Positions 1-9,415 of a DNA stretch of 64,000 nucleotides are shown here, piece after piece. Where the stretch lies: positions 8,829 to 72,828 of the forward strand of contig DASWKB010000004.1 in NCBI GenBank assembly GCA_036396895.1, written 5' to 3'. Positions within the stretch are counted from its first letter, which is position 1. Every line of letters starts with the position of its first letter. This DNA comes from a bacterium (GTDB taxonomy: Bacteria; Omnitrophota; Gorgyraeia; Aquiviventales; Aquiviventaceae). The notes below the pieces were generated by a model. That model was given only the letters and a program-made list of their open reading frames with translations. It was not told the origin of the DNA and did no database searches. A program made the translations under genes and the position numbers.

Positions 1-2
1 CT

Positions 3-3000
3 ATTCCGGCTGGCTCTACCATCGACGGGATCGTGGCCGGCGTGGAACGCAAAGTGAGCGGTGCCGGGACTGTCAGTGACGGCGCAGTCAGAATCGTCAA
101 AGGCGGAACGATCGGCAGCACGGACCGGGCCACCGCGACCACGTATCCGTCCTCGGACACGTACGAGGATCATGGGGGTTCGACGGACCTTTGGGGTGAG
201 ACGTGGACCGTCAGCGATATCAACGCCTCAGATTTCGGCGTAGCCTTCTCCTCAATCGCAACGACCGGAATCGATACGGTCAGTGTGGACCATATCCGCA
301 TTACCGTCCACTACACTCCCGCTACCGTCTCCGGCCGGATCTACACAGATGAAGGCAGCACGGCCCTCAACTGCTCGACTTCCCGCACGGTGGCCCTCTC
401 CGTCAACGGCGCCGCCCCCACGACCGTCGAATGTTCCAACTCTCCGGCAAACGGGTCGTATGAGTTCACCGGAGTCACGGTCAGCGAAGGACAAACCCTC
501 ACCGTATTCTTGCAAGATGAGACCGAGAACGCCACGACGGTCACTAGGGCGCCGGCGAGCGGCGGCGTCACTGGCCTCGATCTGTATCAGGACCGACTCA
601 TCGTGCGGCATGAGGACGCCGGGCCGATCACCAATGCGGACCTCGGCAAGTACGACAACGACGACGACACCGGGAGCGATCTCGGCTTCACGTCCAACCT
701 TGCCACCACGTACGACCTGTCGGTGGCCGACAACTGGAAGTTGATTGTCTGGACAGGCGACACGTTCCAGCCCGGCGGCAACGCGGGCACCAGCACGTCC
801 ACCTCTGCCGCCTCGACGGACGGCGACATTCTCATCCAATCCGGCGCCACATTCAGCATCCAGGATTTCGACTTGGATGTCGGAGGGGATTTCGTCAACG
901 CGGGCACTTTCACGGCCGGGACGTCGCAATTGACGACGTTCGATGCCGATGCGACCGGCCACATCATCGACCCCGGCAGCACCCATACCTTTGACGATGT
1001 CGAGATCGACGGCGTGAACGGCGGGTGGTCCATCGCCAATAATACCTGGACGATCGGCGATGATTTGGAGGTCCAGCGCGGCACGCTCGATAACAGCAAC
1101 GGCACCGCCAATCTCATCGTGCGGAACAACTTCGAATGCCGGACGGGGGCGTGCGGCACCGTGAACTTTACCGACTCGAACCACACGATGACAATGGGGG
1201 CGAACCCCGACTCGGCGTTTGGCACCAACCAAGCGGTGGCCACCAACTGGACATTTAACCATCTCACCTTTGAATCCGTCAGCGGCGCACGGACCATCAC
1301 GACGAACGGCACGGGCACCGGCCAGATCATCGTCAACGGCAACCTCACCCTTCAGACGAACGGCGGGACCTCCTTGATCCTCGACAACGAGACCAACGAC
1401 CGCGTCTTCGATGTTGCCGGCGACGTCACCATCGGGGCCAACACCACCTTCCAGGCCTCCTCGACCGCGGCGTTTACGGTGGGTGGAACTTGGGACACCC
1501 TGACCGGGGGCGTGTTCACGGCAGGGACGGGCACCGTGACCTTTGACTCGGATGATGCCGGCGAGGAGATTGGAAGATTCATCGACGGCGCCAATGCGTT
1601 CCACAAGGTGGTCTTTGCGGATCCGAGCGGCAATGACGCGATATGGCTGATCAGGAATCCAATGGAGGTCACCTCAACCGATGCGGATGCGATGGACCTG
1701 CGCGCGGGCACCGTCACGGTCGGCGACAGCAACGGGGATGGGCTCATCGTTCATGGAGGCATCGAGATCGCTGCGACGCCTGGAGAAACGGCGACGCTGC
1801 AGTCGCAGCAAACCATTCCGCAGGGCCAGTCCGTGACGATCGACATTAACGACAACAACGCAGGCAGTCCGCCCTCCTGTGCCAACTGCATTGTCAAGGT
1901 CGGCGCCGCCTCAGGCGCCGGCACAGGGACGCTTGACATCGGCAAGAACGCCATCCTGCGTCTGAACCCGCGCAGCGCCGCCACCGCCTCGGACACCGGC
2001 ATCGAGGTCGACGCCACCGGTTTTCTGGAGATCCAGGGCTCCCAGGACGACACGGGGACGCTGACCGCCACCGACACGCTGGCTCTGCGGGAGACGACGC
2101 TGTGCGCCGCGGTGGATTTCCGCAACCCGGATGAGAATAACGGTAAGCATGTGAGGATCACCAACACGGATTCCCTCGCGTTCGGACGCCTCTACGACAT
2201 TACGGACACCATTCTGGACGACACCAACTGCGCGACCGATACGCACGATTCCCTCGTTATTGATGACGCGAGCTATCCCACCGACGCAAACCCAGACGTC
2301 AAGGATGCGACCGCCTGCTCCGGCGACACGACCTGTACCGTCTATGTCTACGACGGCTATATAACCTCAGCCGGCGAAGGGGTCGGCCGCTACCTCCACA
2401 ATCTCACCGATGATCAGTACTACCAGATCGTCGGTGGCGCGCTCAAATCCGGGGCCGAAGAGATTCATGTCATTTCGAATGCGCCGGATGACTTCACGAC
2501 GATGGACGATGGGGACGACGTCGAGATCACTGATGGGATCCGCGCCGGCGATACGTTCGAGGTGCTCGACTACGCCCACGTGACCGCGGAGGCGGGGACG
2601 GCCTGCTCCGCAGCGATCAACGAGACCGGAGACAGCGCCGGTGAGGCGTATATCTACGCCAAAGCCGACTCGGAGGTCCTCATTCGCTATGCCGACCTCT
2701 GCAACCTTGGGCGCAACGACGCGACCAACGGCAACGCCTACGGCGTGGTGGCCAAATCGATCAACGGGAACGATACGGACGAGGGGTTGACGCTGGAGAA
2801 GTCGCGTTTCAGCACCAGCTTCCGGGGCCTCTCTGCCGATCAGATCAGCAACGCCAGCAGCGCGAACAGCCAAGGCGTCTCTGACAACCTCTTCTCTGGC
2901 ATGTCCGGGTCCGATGCCCGCGCCGTCGCCATCACCAATTCATCCAATATTCTGGTGACGGCGAACCGCGTCTTCGGCAATACCGGCGCCAACGCGGCCG

Positions 3001-4697
3001 ATATCGATCTGGCGGGGACGGACGGGAGCACCATCTCCTGGAATGTCATCGATGGTGAGGCCGATACCACCGTCTGCCTCAGGCTTGGGGATGGGACCTC
3101 GCCGTACGACTCTAACGACGACAACATCATCCTCGCCAACACCGTGACGGGGGGCACCTCCGCCGCCATCCAGGTCGAAGGCCGCAGGAATGTGCTCCGC
3201 AGCAATACCACGTTCTACAATGCCGGCAACATCCTGGTGCGGGGACACCACAACTTCCTCCACGGGAACACGACGAGGAACGGGACCGGGACCGGCGTGA
3301 GCGTCAATAACGATGGAGTGACTAGCAGCGGCTCGAACATCGTGATGTCCCATACGTCATACGCACACGCCCAGAACGGCGCAAGCAATGACGCCAACTC
3401 AAATGAGAATGTGTGGGTGGATGTACACAGTTATGCGAACGCCAGCGGTGTGAGCGGCGCGGCGGTTCCGACGACGATCATTGCCTCGACATTCGGCAGC
3501 CCGGTTGCCAACAGCAGCCAGGACTTTACCGGCGGGGCGTCCAACCGGAAGGTCTTTATGTTCGACACGGTGCTGGCCTCGGGCGCGGAAGTGTCAAGCT
3601 CGACGCCGGTCCTCTCGCGAAAGCACGACGGGACCGCCGGAAACGCGAGGCTGTGGAATGATTTCACCGTCAGCAGTAATAGCACGGAGACCCCGAATGA
3701 CGAGGGGCGATGGCAGTTCAACTACGCCGACGCGCTCTGGGCGGACTCCGTGACACCGCACGGGTTCTATGGAGCCGGCCGAGAAACCAGCCTAGGGTTC
3801 TCCTTCAATGGCTCGATGGGCGGGGATGAATCAGTGTACGCCTACCGCGTGGTGTGCAATAACGTATCCGGGTGTGTCGGCGGAGGCTCCAACGACTGGG
3901 ACGTGTACCGGTACAACTCCTCCGGTGAGACGCTGCTCACGGCGAAGGCCTCTACTGACGTCCAGTACACCGACAGCCAGAACGACGGGGGGTCGGCGCC
4001 CAATGTCCGCTTCACCGTCGATGACAGCGGCTCCCCCGACTACGTCCAGGGAGACACGTATACCTTCGTCGCCTTCAAGACGTCAGGCGACACGAGCATC
4101 CAGAAGACGCTGATGCTGATGCAAGACACCGACAGCATTACGGTCGGCTCAGGCGAGACGCTCGAGTTCAAGGGCCAGGACGGCAGCGAAACCCAGGTGA
4201 CCCGAGGGGGCGGGAGCGGGGGCTACGCCATCACCGTTCAGTCAGGCGGCGCGTTGGATGTGGATGAAGCCGCGTTCGACTATCTGGGCGGCACCGGTCA
4301 AAGCATCGGGATCGACCTGGAAAGCGGGGCGACGCTCACCGCCCTCGCCGATGCCGACTTCGACAACTTTGCGGTCGATGTGGGCAGCAGCGATTCGTAC
4401 ATCCGTATTCACAACTCGATCATCGATGCCGGCCCCCGCAGCTTGAGCGGACTCACGTTCGACAACACAACCGGCTTCGCTAACTACAACATCACGAACA
4501 CCGGCACGGACCCGGACACCTGCGGCGATACCTGGTTGATCCAATCCGCGGGAACCATTGGGGGCGCCGCCAACGGCGAGGACTACGACTCCGATACCGG
4601 CGACGGCGGCGGCTGCAACTTCGGCTTCGGCTATCTTTTCTGGGGCAACCTGCCGTCCGGCACCGACACCAGCCACACCTTCTTCCTCATAGACTGA
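3..4697 (+). CDS. Very large surface/secreted protein with right-handed parallel beta-helix (PbH1-type) repeats; 5' end runs off the window
   Basis: Frame is open from nt 3, with no stop upstream of the listed GTG at 33. At least 1554 aa, rich in T/G/N/D/S. Repeated turns such as ITNSSNILVTANRVFGNTGANAADIDLAG..ISWNVIDG..NIILANTVTGG..NVLRSNTTFYNAGNILVRGHHNFLHGNTT are typical of pectate-lyase-fold beta-helices. Confidence 0.6.
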   Translation: MPAGSTIDGIVAGVERKVSGAGTVSDGAVRIVKGGTIGSTDRATATTYPSSDTYEDHGGSTDLWGETWTVSDINASDFGVAFSSIATTGIDTVSVDHIRITVHYTPATVSGRIYTDEGSTALNCSTSRTVALSVNGAAPTTVECSNSPANGSYEFTGVTVSEGQTLTVFLQDETENATTVTRAPASGGVTGLDLYQDRLIVRHEDAGPITNADLGKYDNDDDTGSDLGFTSNLATTYDLSVADNWKLIVWTGDTFQPGGNAGTSTSTSAASTDGDILIQSGATFSIQDFDLDVGGDFVNAGTFTAGTSQLTTFDADATGHIIDPGSTHTFDDVEIDGVNGGWSIANNTWTIGDDLEVQRGTLDNSNGTANLIVRNNFECRTGACGTVNFTDSNHTMTMGANPDSAFGTNQAVATNWTFNHLTFESVSGARTITTNGTGTGQIIVNGNLTLQTNGGTSLILDNETNDRVFDVAGDVTIGANTTFQASSTAAFTVGGTWDTLTGGVFTAGTGTVTFDSDDAGEEIGRFIDGANAFHKVVFADPSGNDAIWLIRNPMEVTSTDADAMDLRAGTVTVGDSNGDGLIVHGGIEIAATPGETATLQSQQTIPQGQSVTIDINDNNAGSPPSCANCIVKVGAASGAGTGTLDIGKNAILRLNPRSAATASDTGIEVDATGFLEIQGSQDDTGTLTATDTLALRETTLCAAVDFRNPDENNGKHVRITNTDSLAFGRLYDITDTILDDTNCATDTHDSLVIDDASYPTDANPDVKDATACSGDTTCTVYVYDGYITSAGEGVGRYLHNLTDDQYYQIVGGALKSGAEEIHVISNAPDDFTTMDDGDDVEITDGIRAGDTFEVLDYAHVTAEAGTACSAAINETGDSAGEAYIYAKADSEVLIRYADLCNLGRNDATNGNAYGVVAKSINGNDTDEGLTLEKSRFSTSFRGLSADQISNASSANSQGVSDNLFSGMSGSDARAVAITNSSNILVTANRVFGNTGANAADIDLAGTDGSTISWNVIDGEADTTVCLRLGDGTSPYDSNDDNIILANTVTGGTSAAIQVEGRRNVLRSNTTFYNAGNILVRGHHNFLHGNTTRNGTGTGVSVNNDGVTSSGSNIVMSHTSYAHAQNGASNDANSNENVWVDVHSYANASGVSGAAVPTTIIASTFGSPVANSSQDFTGGASNRKVFMFDTVLASGAEVSSSTPVLSRKHDGTAGNARLWNDFTVSSNSTETPNDEGRWQFNYADALWADSVTPHGFYGAGRETSLGFSFNGSMGGDESVYAYRVVCNNVSGCVGGGSNDWDVYRYNSSGETLLTAKASTDVQYTDSQNDGGSAPNVRFTVDDSGSPDYVQGDTYTFVAFKTSGDTSIQKTLMLMQDTDSITVGSGETLEFKGQDGSETQVTRGGGSGGYAITVQSGGALDVDEAAFDYLGGTGQSIGIDLESGATLTALADADFDNFAVDVGSSDSYIRIHNSIIDAGPRSLSGLTFDNTTGFANYNITNTGTDPDTCGDTWLIQSAGTIGGAANGEDYDSDTGDGGGCNFGFGYLFWGNLPSGTDTSHTFFLID

Positions 4698-4735
4698 CTG
4701 GGGTCTGCCCCCAAGACTCGACGCCCTCTCCCCTC

Positions 4736-4781
4736 GGTATCAGATACGTATCTGATACGTATCAGATACGTATCTGATACC
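4736..4781. repeat. REP-like perfect 46-nt palindrome (11-nt word GTATCAGATAC arranged word-rc-word-rc)
   Basis: GGTATCAGATAC GTATCTGATAC GTATCAGATAC GTATCTGATACC read directly from the sequence; it equals its own reverse complement. Confidence 0.9.
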
Positions 4782-4870
4782 GATTAGGGGTTGTCAGGAA
4801 CGCCAGGATCTCGCTAGAATAGCAACGCTCCCCACCCGACGGCCTGCAGGAATCTTCAAGGAGGCCGTCC

Positions 4871-5458
4871 ATGCCGTACCCTCCCAGGGTCTGCTTTGAT
4901 GGAGCTGTCTATCATGTCACCACGCGGGGCAACAACCGCCACGCCATCTTTATTGACGAACAGGACTTTCGGCAGGCCCTACTGATTCTCCTTCGTTACA
5001 AACAACGGTTCCATTTCATCCTGCATGCCTACGCCTTGATGCCGAACCATCTGCACCTGCTGATCCAACCCTCCGCGGGCTCGACGATCTCTAAGATCAT
5101 GCAGTGCATGATGATCACGTACACCAAGCATTTTAATCGTCGCCATGAGCGGGTCGGCCACGTCATGCAGGGCCGATTCCATAGCCGCCTCATCCAAGAC
5201 GACACGTACTTGCTGGTCGCATCTCGATACATCCACCTGAATCCCGTACGGGCAGGGCTCGTGTCCACGCCCGGAGCCTACCCATGGAGCAGCTACCCTG
5301 CCTACGAGTTGCGCGCTCACAACCCCCTGGATCTCGTTGATACCGAGCTTGTGCTGGGCATCATCTCGCCACAGAGGAAGCGCCAGCGCCGGGCGTATCG
5401 GGATTTCGTTCTCGGCCCCAACGACCCGGTATCAGATACGTATCAGATACAGATCTGA
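4871..5458 (+). CDS. REP-associated tyrosine transposase (RAYT, IS200-like Y1/HUH transposase family)
   Basis: 195 aa. HUH motif in MPNHLHLLIQP. C-terminal YIHLNPVRAGLV tyrosine motif. N-terminal YHVTTRGNNRHAIF. Flanked on both sides by palindromes built from the same word. Confidence 0.8.
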   Translation: MPYPPRVCFDGAVYHVTTRGNNRHAIFIDEQDFRQALLILLRYKQRFHFILHAYALMPNHLHLLIQPSAGSTISKIMQCMMITYTKHFNRRHERVGHVMQGRFHSRLIQDDTYLLVASRYIHLNPVRAGLVSTPGAYPWSSYPAYELRAHNPLDLVDTELVLGIISPQRKRQRRAYRDFVLGPNDPVSDTYQIQI

Positions 5459-5473
5459 TACGTATCTGATACC
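5428..5473. repeat. REP-like 46-nt hairpin (same word arranged word-word-loop-rc-rc); overlaps the last ~10 codons of the RAYT ORF
   Basis: GGTATCAGATACGTATCAGAT-ACAG-ATCTGATACGTATCTGATACC gives a 21-bp perfect stem with a 4-nt loop. Confidence 0.9.
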
Positions 5474-5478
5474 GGGGG

Positions 5479-7164
5479 TTAGGATTCGAGGGAGTGGAGG
5501 GTGTGGAGGCCGCGGAGGACGGGCATCCAGCCGACGAAGACGCTGACGAGGAGGAGGGCGGTCGTGGAGAAGATGACGAGGTCGGGCAGGCGGTCCTGGA
5601 TGCCCTGCCAGGTGAGGACCATCGCGAAAACAACGGCGCTCACGTAGGCGATCATGATGACGAGCACCATCGCGCCGTCCGATGAAGAGACGACCTGGGC
5701 TGAGTTCTCCGCGCGCGGCTGGATGCGCCACCCTCCCATCCCGACGGCGAGCCCCACGATGGAAAGCGCCGTCATGCCGCCCACGCCGGCCAGCCACATG
5801 CGGATGCCCTCCGGGATGCCCAGCCGCAGCGCCGAGATGTACAGCAGCCCCTCAATGATGATGATCGAAGCCGCGCCGTAGAGGGCCAGCTTCGCCCCCA
5901 CCAGGCGGCGCACGCCGCCGGGCGCCAGGCGGTACAGCCACAGGCTGCGGCTCTCCATGCTCAGCTGCGGGAAGACGAACCGGACCGCCAGCGCCCCAAG
6001 GACCAGCAAGGTGCAGGCGAAGTTGAGCGCGGCGATCCCCACCCGCCAGGACGGGTCTCCGCTGAACGACCCGAGCCGATGGATGTTCGCGAAATACGCC
6101 CCCAGCAAGCCGAAGAAGAGCGCCGCCTGGCTCCACTGCATCGGGTCGCGCGCCAAGAGGAGCAGGTCCTTGGCGAGCGCGGCGCGAAACGCCCCCTGAC
6201 TCCACCATCGCTCCCGGAACTTTCTGAACTTGATGCCGCGGTCGCGGCCGTCCACGACCGGCTCGGCGTGCCGCCGCAGGAGCGGCATCAGCCACCCGGC
6301 GGCCACATGATCCAGCACCCGCCAGACGACCCCGGCCGTCGTCCACAGGAGCGCGGTATAGAGGATCGCTTCCCGTTCGCGGCCGTTCACGATCGCGTCG
6401 AGCGCGGTCGCCATCCAGCTGCTCGGCAGCCACATGGACATGGCGAGGCGCATGCGCGGCAGGAGCGCCTGCATCGCCAGGAACCACGCGTCCTCCTGCT
6501 GCTGCGCCTGCTGCTCCCCCAGCAGCCAGAAGAGCCCGATCCCGGCCACCAGCAGCCACACCAGGATCATCTCCTTGCGCACCACGATGCGGCTGGCGAA
6601 CCGCAGCCAGAGAAAGAGCGCCAGCGTGGACACGGCCGTCACGATCGACAAGAGCGGCAGCCCCAGCGCCAGCACCATCCACGCCGCCAGCCAGGCGGGC
6701 TTGCCGAGGACGTGCAGGTACGCCAGGCACACCGGCAGCAAGACCCCCAGCACAGCCCAGGAGCTGTACACGGAGCTCTCCATCCACTTCACGCGGCACA
6801 GGTCCCGCGCGGACACGGGCATGAGCATCCAGGCGCGGGTCTCCTGCGCCCGGACGAGCGTGGAAAAGGCGCTGGCGAGCTGGCTGATGGCCAGCATGAG
6901 CATGATCACGAACAGGAACAGATACCACAGGCGGCTGAGGAGGAAGGGGCCGAATCCGGCCTGCTCGTTCAGAAATCGGATCCCGTGATGCGCCAGCGCG
7001 TACATGCCGCCGAAGAGCCCCGTCCACATGACCAGCAGCACGGCGAGCTTGACGGGCGCGCCCCCGAGCATCCGCAGCCCGGCGAGCGCGATGCGCATCC
7101 GGACCCACCAGAACAAGCGAACCGGCCCGCCCCGCGCGGTGTCAGCAGACGGGCTAGGAGACAT
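5479..7164 (-). CDS. Multi-pass membrane protein, probable permease partner of the adjacent ABC ATPase
   Basis: 561 aa, many hydrophobic segments. Its start overlaps the stop of the upstream ABC ATPase gene by 11 nt. No specific family recognised. Confidence 0.55.
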   Translation of the reverse strand: MSPSPSADTARGGPVRLFWWVRMRIALAGLRMLGGAPVKLAVLLVMWTGLFGGMYALAHHGIRFLNEQAGFGPFLLSRLWYLFLFVIMLMLAISQLASAFSTLVRAQETRAWMLMPVSARDLCRVKWMESSVYSSWAVLGVLLPVCLAYLHVLGKPAWLAAWMVLALGLPLLSIVTAVSTLALFLWLRFASRIVVRKEMILVWLLVAGIGLFWLLGEQQAQQQEDAWFLAMQALLPRMRLAMSMWLPSSWMATALDAIVNGREREAILYTALLWTTAGVVWRVLDHVAAGWLMPLLRRHAEPVVDGRDRGIKFRKFRERWWSQGAFRAALAKDLLLLARDPMQWSQAALFFGLLGAYFANIHRLGSFSGDPSWRVGIAALNFACTLLVLGALAVRFVFPQLSMESRSLWLYRLAPGGVRRLVGAKLALYGAASIIIIEGLLYISALRLGIPEGIRMWLAGVGGMTALSIVGLAVGMGGWRIQPRAENSAQVVSSSDGAMVLVIMIAYVSAVVFAMVLTWQGIQDRLPDLVIFSTTALLLVSVFVGWMPVLRGLHTLHSLES

Positions 7165-7888
7165 CGGTGAGCCGGACGAAGATATCCTCGAGCGACCCCG
7201 CGCCGTGCGCCCGGCGCAGGCCGTCGACGGAGTCCACGGTGACGATCCGCCCGCGGCTCAGGATGATGACCCGGTCCGCGAGATCCTCGACGACGGAAAG
7301 CTGGTGGGTCGAGAGCAGGATCGCCGTCCCCGCGGCGGCGCGCTCGCGCATCACCTGCCGCATCAGCCGGAGCGTCTTCGGATCCAGCCCGAAGAACGGC
7401 TCATCCATAATCAGCGCGCGCGGCTCATGCAGGAGCGCGGTCACGATGCTGAGGCGGCTCTTCATCCCGTAGGAGAGCTCGCTCACCCGGCTGTGCAGGC
7501 GCTCGGCGAGGTCGACCATGCGCAGGAGGGCATTCCCCCGTTCGCGCAGCGTCCGGCGGTCGAGACCGTACATGCTGCCGATGAAGCTCAGCGTCTCGCT
7601 GATCGTCAGCGCCTCATAGAGGAACGGCTGGTCGGGGAGGAAGCCGAGCACGCGCTTGGCCTCCAGGGGCTCCCGCTGGACATGGTGGCCGCAGATCCAG
7701 GCGTCGCCCGCCGTCGGCGCGAGCAGCCCGACCAGCAGCTTGAGCGCCGTCGTCTTGCCAGCGCCGTTGGGGCCCACCAGCGCCACGATGCTCCCCGGCG
7801 CGGCCTCAAAGGTGCACTCGCTCAGCGCTTCCAGGCGTCCGTAGCGTTTCTTGAGCCCCTCAGCCGTGATCCCCGATCGCACGCTCAT
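7154..7888 (-). CDS. ABC transporter ATP-binding protein
   Basis: Walker A GPNGAGKTT, signature LSYGMKSRLS, Walker B LIMDEP; 244 aa. Confidence 0.85.
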   Translation of the reverse strand: MSVRSGITAEGLKKRYGRLEALSECTFEAAPGSIVALVGPNGAGKTTALKLLVGLLAPTAGDAWICGHHVQREPLEAKRVLGFLPDQPFLYEALTISETLSFIGSMYGLDRRTLRERGNALLRMVDLAERLHSRVSELSYGMKSRLSIVTALLHEPRALIMDEPFFGLDPKTLRLMRQVMRERAAAGTAILLSTHQLSVVEDLADRVIILSRGRIVTVDSVDGLRRAHGAGSLEDIFVRLTDVS

Positions 7889-9408
7889 TTCGCCTCCGTC
7901 TCGAGCACCTCAAGACTGACCCGGCCGACGAACTGCCCGAGCGCCGCCAGCTCCTGCGCCTCCGCCTCGATCAGTCCGATGTGGGTCAGGTCCGCGGGCG
8001 CCTGGCCCAGCGTCGGATCGAGCGGCACCCACCGGCCCATCCAGACTTCCGGCCAGGCGTGGTAATAGAACCGCCCGTGCTGATAGACGAGCCCCGCCAT
8101 CATCCGCGTGGCGATGCCCCGGCTGCGCGCAAGCGCCGTGTACAGCACCGTGTGCTCGTGGCAGTCGCCCGTATTGGTCGCCATCACGTCGAGCGCTGTC
8201 GGAATGCCGATCGTGTACTGCTTCTTCAGCGTCCGCCAGACGTACGCATAGAGCGCCAGCGCCTGCTCCCACGGGCCGGTCCGGTCCCCCACCGCCTCAC
8301 GCGCCAGGGCGATCACCCGCGGATCGTCCGCCTGCACGAACGGACTGGGCGCGAGATACCCGCTCGGGGGCCCCGTCTCCGGCTCGGCCGACGGCACGGG
8401 GTCCTGCCCGCTGAGCTCAAGCAGCACCCACGGGCCCTCGGGCGCCTCCCGGCCGTAGGCCGCGAGGCGCTCCGGCGGCAGACGGCGCTGCCCGGCACGC
8501 TCGACGGTGATCTGCGACTCCCGCACCCCGCGCATCAGCACCACCGCGCGCGCCACGCGGGCCGGATCTCCAAGATCCGGCGTCACCGGCACCGATGTCG
8601 CGGACAACAAATCGAGCGCCGGCGACGCCCCGGAGAGCCCCGTCATCGCCTTTTCCATGGGCTCCTGCACGAGCTCCCAGCCCAGCGGCGAGGTCTCGCG
8701 CAGCACCTCGCCGTCCTGGGTGACCCAGCTCGTCGAGGTCATGCTGCCCATCGTCGTCTCGACGATGAGCGCCGTCCGGCCATCCACCAATTCGCTGCGC
8801 GGCACGCTGAACATCACCGGTTCCGGGCGCAGCGCCAGCGGGTTGAGCACGAGGAACGTGCCCTGCTGGCCCACCGCCAACTCGTGGAACACCGCCCACG
8901 ACGACATGCCGGTGACGAACGTGCGGCCCTGCGGGTCGCGCAGCTCGCTGGCGGCCTTCCCGCTCGGCGTTTCGATGGTGAGCCGGATGACGTCCCCGTC
9001 GCGCACGCCATGCCAGGCGACGCGCTGCTCGTCCGATACGACCCCGGCCTCGAACTCCGCCAGGCGCCAGTCGGCGTCGATGAACGCCCAGGCCTGGATC
9101 GACATGCGCTGCGGCTCCCCCAGGAGGTTGAAGACGAGCTCCCCTTGATCGCGGATCGAAATGCCGGGGATCCCGTTTCGCTCATGCGGCGCGATCAGGG
9201 TGTGCGCAAAGCCGAGTTTCGCCCCCTGATAGTAGATCCCGAACCACTGTTCCCGGACGTCCATCGTCGCCCGAAGCGTGGACAAGGCGGGCGCGGATCT
9301 GAGGAGCCACGGCCCGCGCTCATGGAGCAGCACGAGGCCCACCGACGCGCCCCACGCGGCGAGCAGGAGCGCATCAAGGAGCGCCATCTTCACGAGGGCC
9401 CGTCTCAT
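7885..9408 (-). CDS. Transglutaminase-like domain protein with N-terminal membrane anchor
   Basis: C-terminal core TGDCHEHTVLYTALARSRGIATRMMAGLVY..YYHAWPEVW..WVPLDPT carries the Cys-His-Asp transglutaminase triad pattern. Hydrophobic N-terminus. Confidence 0.7.
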   Translation of the reverse strand: MRRALVKMALLDALLLAAWGASVGLVLLHERGPWLLRSAPALSTLRATMDVREQWFGIYYQGAKLGFAHTLIAPHERNGIPGISIRDQGELVFNLLGEPQRMSIQAWAFIDADWRLAEFEAGVVSDEQRVAWHGVRDGDVIRLTIETPSGKAASELRDPQGRTFVTGMSSWAVFHELAVGQQGTFLVLNPLALRPEPVMFSVPRSELVDGRTALIVETTMGSMTSTSWVTQDGEVLRETSPLGWELVQEPMEKAMTGLSGASPALDLLSATSVPVTPDLGDPARVARAVVLMRGVRESQITVERAGQRRLPPERLAAYGREAPEGPWVLLELSGQDPVPSAEPETGPPSGYLAPSPFVQADDPRVIALAREAVGDRTGPWEQALALYAYVWRTLKKQYTIGIPTALDVMATNTGDCHEHTVLYTALARSRGIATRMMAGLVYQHGRFYYHAWPEVWMGRWVPLDPTLGQAPADLTHIGLIEAEAQELAALGQFVGRVSLEVLETEAK

Positions 9409-9415
9409 CGCCGCC

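Noticed and set aside
252-2873. Several minus-strand ORFs (450, 253, 168 aa and others) inside the first 4.7 kb
   Set aside because: They overlap the continuous 1554-aa plus-strand beta-helix ORF. Their translations have no repeat logic or motifs, so I treat them as shadow ORFs.
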